NCBI GenBank assembly: GCA_963662715.1
Contig: OY759724.1
Location: 720,001 to 752,000 of the forward strand
DNA from: Candidatus Omnitrophota bacterium
GTDB lineage: Bacteria > Omnitrophota > Gorgyraeia > Zapsychrales > JANLHA01
Length of the DNA: 32,000 nucleotides
Direction: 5' to 3'
A program made the translations under genes and the position numbers. This document shows, piece after piece, positions 25,741 through 32,000 of the stretch (positions within the stretch are counted from its first letter, which is position 1; each line of letters begins with the position of its first letter). The notes below the pieces were generated by a model, which was given only the letters and a program-made list of their open reading frames with translations, ran no database searches and was not told the origin of the DNA.

Positions 25741-28700
25741 TTAATTTAAACGGCTCAGGTTATCCTGAACATTAGGAAGGAACTTCTCCTGAACATCTGC
25801 CTGAGGGAATAACGGACTTAAGGATGCTGCCGTGGAAGGATTCTCCGGGGATTCCGACATACCTAAAAATAACGGAATATTTATGGGAGAAATTTGAATA
25901 ATAACCGGCTGAAAACCTTCAATATTCATACTTTTCACCGGCTGCTGCAGTAAAGGCAACGGCACACCCTGCCCATCCCGTTTGATCTGCAAATCAAGGG
26001 CAGCGGGATTGAAATCAATACCACCAATGTCCTCTATCGCTGCGTTTTCCTCCAGACTTTGCATAATCGGGGAACTGCGATGTTCCCCATCGCTTCCTTC
26101 ATCCAGAGGTTGCTGCTTGTCTTCGGGATAACCGGCGGCTAACTGAGTTTTATGCTGATCTTCGCTCTCAGCGAGTCTTGTCTCTCCTTCCCGCCTTTGC
26201 AGGTCCCCCCGCCAAAACTCTTTCAGGCGGTCCCAGCCATCCTTTTCCGCCTTTTCTATAGCCTCCAGAAGCGGCAAATATAATGTGCGGGAAGCTCTTG
26301 TTCTTTGCCCTTCACTTCGTAATTTGTCCTTTATATAATTTTTGGCAAAATCTTTATGCTGATCGGATGCCAGCATCGCAAGAATAGCTTCTTTTTCAAG
26401 CTTATTGGCCTGAGGCCAATGATGAATCAGGGCGATAATATCTGCAATTCCTCCGTTGAAATATGCCTGGGAAAGATAGTACTGCGGTGAATCGGGATTC
26501 ATAACGATGATCGTTAAAGCGTTGTTGGCCATGATCCTCACCCAATAATCTCTCACAGTGCCGAAACTCCCGCCAAGATAGTAAGACGGATCGTTATGGG
26601 CCGCAATAATCAAACTGGGAATCGTTTCCCGGTGATCAGGGCCCAACTCAATAAAAAACTGGGCTGCCTTAATGCGCAGTTCAGGGGTATCACCTTGCAG
26701 CAAAACCTCGGAGGCCACCTGAGCGGCTTTTACGGTTTCCCCGATACCATAAAGCGCCTCGGCGGTTTTAACCCCTAATTCAGGATGATCTGCATACCAG
26801 TCATACAAGAAAGAGGCCATGGATTTCAGTCCCGGGCCCGCTTCCGCAATAATTTCATAAGCCCTCTTCTGAACTTCATCTGACCGATGAGTGACGGCTT
26901 TCCTCAGGCCGGCCTCAATACTGTTTGCCCCGGCCACAACATCAAGGAACTTTTCATCCGAAGGAGCCAAGGCCCGGAACATCCCGGCAACGTCACTTTC
27001 TTCATAATAACCGAAATCAATCAAGGCTAAAACGAGGCTCCTGCAATTGGCCCCTTTTTTAAAGTTCCGGAACCGGTTCAAGAGGACCGGCCCCGCTTCG
27101 GTAAACCTGGTGACCCGTAAAGCATCATGCAGTTTCTTACGGAGGAAATCGTCATTGTATATCCACTTGCTATAAATATTAAAAACATTTGGGCCGACGG
27201 CAGCGCCCTGGGAAGCCATATCGGCATAAGCAATGATAATTTCCTCTCCAAAACTACGCCGCATAAAAGAATCCTGCAGGAATTCGTCCAAAGTCGCTGT
27301 AATCTCATCATTAGCCAAACCGATTCTGCCCAATGCCAAAATCATATCACTGTAGTCGCTGTCATTAATATAGCGCAATCCCGGACGAGGCGCTTTCCAG
27401 CTGTCGGCATTATCTTTTAATTTCTCCTTTAACCTCGCGATCAGAAACGGAACAGCTTTTTGAGCATATTCTTGTTCTCCCATATAGGAAAATGTCAGGG
27501 CCGCCCCGAGGGCGATCTCGGGATCAGAGTGATCCAGGGCCTCCTCTAAAACAGGAGAGACATCGGCAGGAGCATAAGACATGAAAACAGTAAAAATTTT
27601 GTCAAAGGTGTCCTCATTCGCCCGATAGAGAAAATCTTTGGATATATATTGCCTGAAATGGTCCTTTTTAGCTTCTTCGCTATAATGGCTCAGCAACTGT
27701 GTCATGCTCTGGCTATTCATCCAGCCCTCTCCGCTAATCCGGATACGCAGCTGCATATTTCCCATAAGCTGCTGAGCAACAGACAAATCCTCTGGCAAGG
27801 CCCTGTCCTGCCCCTCAGCCATAAAGGCCCGTCGCTTCTGGCTGTAATAAATAGCGATTTCGGCAGGCCACTGCGTCTCTGACAACCGCTCGTCAGCCTC
27901 AACGTAATAAAGATTATCGGCTTGCTGAGGATTATAAAGGGCCTCCAATATTCCATAAGCTTCATTACGGACCGCGAAGTTTTCGTCCAATAACGTTATC
28001 AGCATCATGTCCGTCAGTTCTTTTTTGTGGTCACTCCTTAAAGAAACCGGGAAATTCAGCCGGACACGGATAGATTCCAGGGTGATTCTGCGTATATCAG
28101 GATCAGGATGTCTTAAGTTACGGTAATCAAAATATGTGTCTTTCTCCGAAGCTTCTTCTGTGCCGGAGTCTTTTGCTTTTGCTTCAACAGTTCTGCTCTG
28201 TATACCGGGTTCTAATGTAATATCAAAGTTTTTCTTCAAATAATCCGCCACTCTTTGATCATAATGCACCCGCAGTTTTCTTAACGCCTCACTTTTCATG
28301 CCGGTCACGTCGCCGGAAAAAATATGATGCCACAGGGGAATCGCGGCAAAGGGGTCAATGGTGGCCGAAGCGGAAATAATACTTTTTTTAATTTTAAAAG
28401 ATTTTACCCTGCCGTAGATTTCTTTTAACAACGGCAAGGATTGGCTCGCACCGCTCCCGATCCGTTCCAGAGTGTTGATAGGATCGACAATTTGTCTGAC
28501 TTCAAAATCCGCCCGCGTAGGGAAAAAAATTCTTTTGGAACGGGTTTCCTTGTCCAGATATGCCATCAGGGACGGGACAGATGCTTCACCGATAGCGACT
28601 AAAGCGTCGCTTGGGTCATAAACAAGAACCAGATTCGGAGTCGCATAACTGTCATATAAATCAACTAATTGGGGGACCGCCATCTCGGCCTCAGGCCCGA

Positions 28701-30402
28701 TATCCTCAATAACATGCAGAAGGGGCGTCACAACATTCCGCCAGGTGAAGAGCTGGGAAATCTCTAAATATTCGAACATCTCCTCAAGAATATCCTGCCT
28801 GACAGGACGAATCCGTCCCAATAAATAAATGGCTTTCTCCCTTTCGAAGCGCTCGTTGAACCAAGGGCTTAACAATTTGCGTAACTGGGACACAGCCGGT
28901 TCTCCGATCTCTTCCAATCGGCGCAGCAAAACCAAATCCTGCAGCCAGTTTTCTCCTTTAATCCCCTGAATCAGGTCATTGATCTCCTTTTCCTGGTCAG
29001 TATATTTCATCCTCACGATTTGAGTCGTATGAAAAAGCTGTGACTGGAAATCCTGGACAGCGTTCTGGGGCAGGGCGTCAGGCCCGGAGGAAAACACCCC
29101 TAACGCAGATAAAAGGATGGTCAAAGCTCTTTTCAGCCTTCCGGGTTTTGAGAATACATTACGGCCGGCATTTTCCACCAGTGCTACCCTCACCCGGCGG
29201 TTCTTTCCTTTCTCCGACTCAGGCTGCGTGATCGCCGAACTCACGCGTCCCGGCAGCCGGCCCGGCTGGCCGCGCAAGACCTCCAGCTTGTCCACCGTCA
29301 CAACCCCCACGCCCAACCCCCCGGAAAAATATTTCCGCGGTATCACCTGCTGCGTCGCTTCATCGTAATCTTCCCGTATATAGTTGTAGACGCCTTGCTT
29401 GAACGCGTCCAGATACTGCTGGTATATCTTCTCTTTTATCTCCCTGTCCTCAACATCGATCCCCTTCACCCTGTTCCGGTCCATGTACACCTGGCCCAAT
29501 AAACTGTCCCGCAAATTCTTCTTGTACCAGGTCGCCAGGATCATTGAGTTGTAGATCTGCCGCAAATTCGCGAACGTCTGCCCTTCATTCACTTCCTTCT
29601 CTATCGCCGGAAGGATAATATCCTTGACGATCTTTGAGGACAGTTCATTCAGCTCTTTGGCCTGCCCCTTTGACTGTTTGTGCAACCCCAGGTCTTTGCT
29701 CTGCAGATTATGCTCCAAGGCCAGATAATCCTCTTCCAGCATCACCTTCAAGTGCCGTTCCACCACAAACGCGCTGCCCGCGTGCTCATAGACAACCGCC
29801 TTATCCGGCACGATCCATACCTTATTAAATGTGTTTACCGGGATATTCGTTGTGCCGTACAGCTCATAGGCCTTTTTATAGACTTTACTCCAGAACGCCT
29901 GGCCCAGTTCTTCTTCCGGATACATCAACGAAGCGGTGAGCTGTTTCAGCAGGTAATCCTGGGAGAGCATGTCCTTGCCCATTTCCGTAACGCCCAACCC
30001 TTCCGGGATGATCCGGTTGTTTTCATATGGCGATAAGTTGACCCACAGTTCGTCTTCAGGGACCGTCAAAGCCGCCAGGAAATACTTGATCAGCCTCTGT
30101 GACTCGGCTTCAAAAGAGGCTCCTTTTAAATCCCTGTCTCCCGTATCAATAATGAAATCAAACTGCAGAGGGTTGTCCGGATGGATGGTGAGCCCCCGCA
30201 GGATCGCCGGCGCGAATGTCTCGCTGATCGAAAGGATCGTCCCGGGCTGCGGCAGAGAGAAGACAGCGGCACGCTCTTCTTTGGCCCACCCCGGTGTCGG
30301 CATAAGGACGGACGACAATAAAAAGACCGCCGCCATACCCGCCGATAAAAAGCGGCGCGGGATTGTTTTCAATTTATGATTTGTCGGCTTATGCCTATTC
30401 AT
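25741..30402 (-). CDS. Large secreted multidomain protein: conserved N-terminal domain of unknown function, HEAT-like repeats and a shared C-terminal GGIDFNP module
   Basis: 1553-aa ORF with signal peptide ...AAVFLLSSVLMPTPGWA/KEE. HEAT/PBS-lyase-like repeats are present (DPDIRRITLESI, DENFAVRNEAYGILEAL, HSDPEIALGAALTF, HRSDEVQKRAYEIIAEAG, TPELRIKAAQFFIELG). The C-terminal 95 aa or so are nearly identical to the C-terminus of the upstream gene. Confidence 0.8.
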   Translation of the reverse strand: MNRHKPTNHKLKTIPRRFLSAGMAAVFLLSSVLMPTPGWAKEERAAVFSLPQPGTILSISETFAPAILRGLTIHPDNPLQFDFIIDTGDRDLKGASFEAESQRLIKYFLAALTVPEDELWVNLSPYENNRIIPEGLGVTEMGKDMLSQDYLLKQLTASLMYPEEELGQAFWSKVYKKAYELYGTTNIPVNTFNKVWIVPDKAVVYEHAGSAFVVERHLKVMLEEDYLALEHNLQSKDLGLHKQSKGQAKELNELSSKIVKDIILPAIEKEVNEGQTFANLRQIYNSMILATWYKKNLRDSLLGQVYMDRNRVKGIDVEDREIKEKIYQQYLDAFKQGVYNYIREDYDEATQQVIPRKYFSGGLGVGVVTVDKLEVLRGQPGRLPGRVSSAITQPESEKGKNRRVRVALVENAGRNVFSKPGRLKRALTILLSALGVFSSGPDALPQNAVQDFQSQLFHTTQIVRMKYTDQEKEINDLIQGIKGENWLQDLVLLRRLEEIGEPAVSQLRKLLSPWFNERFEREKAIYLLGRIRPVRQDILEEMFEYLEISQLFTWRNVVTPLLHVIEDIGPEAEMAVPQLVDLYDSYATPNLVLVYDPSDALVAIGEASVPSLMAYLDKETRSKRIFFPTRADFEVRQIVDPINTLERIGSGASQSLPLLKEIYGRVKSFKIKKSIISASATIDPFAAIPLWHHIFSGDVTGMKSEALRKLRVHYDQRVADYLKKNFDITLEPGIQSRTVEAKAKDSGTEEASEKDTYFDYRNLRHPDPDIRRITLESIRVRLNFPVSLRSDHKKELTDMMLITLLDENFAVRNEAYGILEALYNPQQADNLYYVEADERLSETQWPAEIAIYYSQKRRAFMAEGQDRALPEDLSVAQQLMGNMQLRIRISGEGWMNSQSMTQLLSHYSEEAKKDHFRQYISKDFLYRANEDTFDKIFTVFMSYAPADVSPVLEEALDHSDPEIALGAALTFSYMGEQEYAQKAVPFLIARLKEKLKDNADSWKAPRPGLRYINDSDYSDMILALGRIGLANDEITATLDEFLQDSFMRRSFGEEIIIAYADMASQGAAVGPNVFNIYSKWIYNDDFLRKKLHDALRVTRFTEAGPVLLNRFRNFKKGANCRSLVLALIDFGYYEESDVAGMFRALAPSDEKFLDVVAGANSIEAGLRKAVTHRSDEVQKRAYEIIAEAGPGLKSMASFLYDWYADHPELGVKTAEALYGIGETVKAAQVASEVLLQGDTPELRIKAAQFFIELGPDHRETIPSLIIAAHNDPSYYLGGSFGTVRDYWVRIMANNALTIIVMNPDSPQYYLSQAYFNGGIADIIALIHHWPQANKLEKEAILAMLASDQHKDFAKNYIKDKLRSEGQRTRASRTLYLPLLEAIEKAEKDGWDRLKEFWRGDLQRREGETRLAESEDQHKTQLAAGYPEDKQQPLDEGSDGEHRSSPIMQSLEENAAIEDIGGIDFNPAALDLQIKRDGQGVPLPLLQQPVKSMNIEGFQPVIIQISPINIPLFLGMSESPENPSTAASLSPLFPQADVQEKFLPNVQDNLSRLN

Positions 30403-30439
30403 TTCAATCTGATTCCATGTCTTCCAAAACTAAAATAAC

Positions 30440-32000
30440 TTAATTCAGCCAGCTGATATCTTTTTCACGGCCGGCATAAAATTTTTCCCGGCTGTCAGAC
30501 GGTAAGGCTGACCGCCTTGTCGCCGAAGGAGGACTTTCTTCCGGCCCCTCCTCAGTTAAACCTAACAATAAAGGAATATTCACCGGCGCGATGTTAATGA
30601 TAACCGGCAAAAACCCGTCAATTCTCATATCACCCACCGGCTGCTGCGGCAAAGGCAGCGGCACGCCCTGGCCGTCCCGCTTGATCTGCAGATCAAGTGC
30701 GGCCGGGTTAAAGTCAATACCGCCTAACGGCGAAGAGGCCGGTTCAGGTTCTTTCCCCAGTTCATAGCGTTTAATCTCCTGCCGATAGTCCCTGGCCCTG
30801 TCCTGATAAAACCAGCGCTCGGACAAGACCACGGAATCCACGTCCACGTCTCCCCAATGTTCATAGCGAATATCTTCAATGGCTTTTAAAAGGATCTCCG
30901 GTTCATCTCCGGTTAAATCTTCAACAATCCAGCCAAAAGTCGCATGAGCGACAAACGGATCAAACTTTGGGCCCTTTTGCGTCATATCAAAAAATTGATC
31001 CTGCAGGCCCTTCACTTCATCCCGGGCATTGTCCGTCATTAACATCGGGATAAAAATGGCTTTGCCCTGAAACATGCCTATCCCCTGAGCCATGAATTTA
31101 AAGGCACCGACCCGCCCCGGGATAAGCTGATCAAGCACAGCCACGGTTTCCTCTGTCACTTGCTCTTTCTGCCGGGGATCAGTCGTAAAATATGTCACTG
31201 AAGCATACGGCAGCGAGGGCACATCCCAGGCGATCTTATCAATGATCGATTGGGGAAGACGCGCCTTAAGCGCTTCCTGCGCTTTGGCCATGATCGCCTC
31301 CGGCATATTAAAATGCAAGAGATGTTTTAATTCCTCCTCCATCATCCTTTGGTCTTTCTGCACGGGCGTTCGTAAGGCCTCCTGCCACTTCTGTTCAAAG
31401 ATATCCCAGCTGGCCTGATATTCCGGAAGGATGGCGACCGGAGAACTTGCAGTATCAAAACTGTCAGTAATATTAATGACCTCGGCCTTATCTTTTTGAT
31501 GTATTGCGCTTGATACATTTTCATTTAACCGTTTTGTCCATTCGGCATATTCTTCTTCATACCCTTGTCTTGTCGCATTAGGTATTCTGTGCTCACCTAT
31601 AACTTCAGTATCTCTTCCCCACGTTTGGTTTTCCGGGCCGGCACCTTCATTAGGATCCCATAAGATTGGGAATACAAGTTCTTCTGGCTCTCTGGCAATA
31701 CGATCCAGAAGGGCTTCCATGGCCCTTTTGTATAATTTTACTGCGGAAGCACCTCTATATCCCCGACCCCATAAAATATCAGAAATAATTTCGAGTCTCA
31801 TATCAGGATATCTCCGGTGATGGGTGTCGATAAACTCCACGATTTCATCTTCTGTGACACCCCCTGTTCTTAAAATTTCTTCAAGAGCGACAAAAGTTTC
31901 CTTGTTCCTCAGAAAATCTTTGATCTCAAATAGAGAACGAAGGGTTTCTCTGTCTTCAACCTTCCCCAATGCTTGCATAGTCCATATTCTCGAACTCAAT
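30440..32000 (-). CDS. Protein of unknown function with the shared C-terminal GGIDFNP module (5' end probably outside the window)
   Basis: The track ORF starts at TTG 31999, but the frame is open to the right window edge, so the true start is likely beyond 32000. The C-terminus reads GGIDFNPAALDLQIKRDGQGVPLPLPQQPVGDMRIDGFLPVIINIAPVNIPLLLGL plus a 38-aa tail ending in WLN. It lies 37 nt upstream of the 1553-aa gene on the same strand. Confidence 0.75.
   Translation of the reverse strand, partial: LSSRIWTMQALGKVEDRETLRSLFEIKDFLRNKETFVALEEILRTGGVTEDEIVEFIDTHHRRYPDMRLEIISDILWGRGYRGASAVKLYKRAMEALLDRIAREPEELVFPILWDPNEGAGPENQTWGRDTEVIGEHRIPNATRQGYEEEYAEWTKRLNENVSSAIHQKDKAEVINITDSFDTASSPVAILPEYQASWDIFEQKWQEALRTPVQKDQRMMEEELKHLLHFNMPEAIMAKAQEALKARLPQSIIDKIAWDVPSLPYASVTYFTTDPRQKEQVTEETVAVLDQLIPGRVGAFKFMAQGIGMFQGKAIFIPMLMTDNARDEVKGLQDQFFDMTQKGPKFDPFVAHATFGWIVEDLTGDEPEILLKAIEDIRYEHWGDVDVDSVVLSERWFYQDRARDYRQEIKRYELGKEPEPASSPLGGIDFNPAALDLQIKRDGQGVPLPLPQQPVGDMRIDGFLPVIINIAPVNIPLLLGLTEEGPEESPPSATRRSALPSDSREKFYAGREKDISWLN

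Noticed and set aside
30900-31200. Possible 2H phosphoesterase (LigT-like) domain in the partial right-edge protein (…FVAHATFGW…)
   Set aside because: Only one HxT-type motif is evident. The expected first HxT/S motif is not present (SVTY at the corresponding place). This is too weak to call without a profile search.
1-32000. Mobile element, prophage or genomic-island signatures
   Set aside because: No integrase, transposase, recombinase, phage structural or toxin-antitoxin-like ORFs were seen, and no flanking tRNA. Apart from the coding tandem array, the only repeats seen are two short direct duplications (the 51-nt riboswitch core and the shared C-terminal module) and one 13-bp hairpin inverted repeat.

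Overview
This is a bacterial chromosomal segment in which all but one of the supported genes are on the minus strand. No rRNA, tRNA, CRISPR array or mobile element was recognised.

The main result is at the left end, 1..7660, and most of it is invisible in the supplied ORF track.
- The 5-kb block that the track shows only as short ORFs is one continuous minus-strand reading frame, 5208..1, open to the window edge and at least 1736 codons long. It encodes a signal-peptide-bearing, strongly acidic protein of about 38 tandem 44-aa units with six cysteines each, at spacing C-x2-C-x6-C-x10-C-x2-C-x7-C.
- Its ATG overlaps, as ATGA, the stop of an upstream 12-blade NHL-repeat (double beta-propeller) protein.
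- The 330-bp leader upstream of that pair contains two copies of a sequence that closely matches the c-di-GMP-I (GEMM-I) riboswitch core. Each copy is followed by its own hairpin plus U-tract.
- I read this as a tandem c-di-GMP riboswitch controlling a secreted NHL-propeller plus giant Cys-repeat protein operon. This module looks uncharacterised.

The rest of the window holds these genes:
- a DUF218-like protein, a cupin, a NupC-type nucleoside transporter, a PurD-like ATP-grasp enzyme and a 6-phosphofructokinase;
- a TMTC/PMT-like membrane protein with TPR repeats, a single-domain PilZ protein, a small polytopic membrane protein and Tag glycosylase;
- a secreted 585-aa protein of unknown function and a 1951-aa thioester-type alpha-2-macroglobulin;
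- two large adjacent proteins that share a nearly identical C-terminal module of about 95 aa.

All family calls come from hand motif recognition. No database search was possible.
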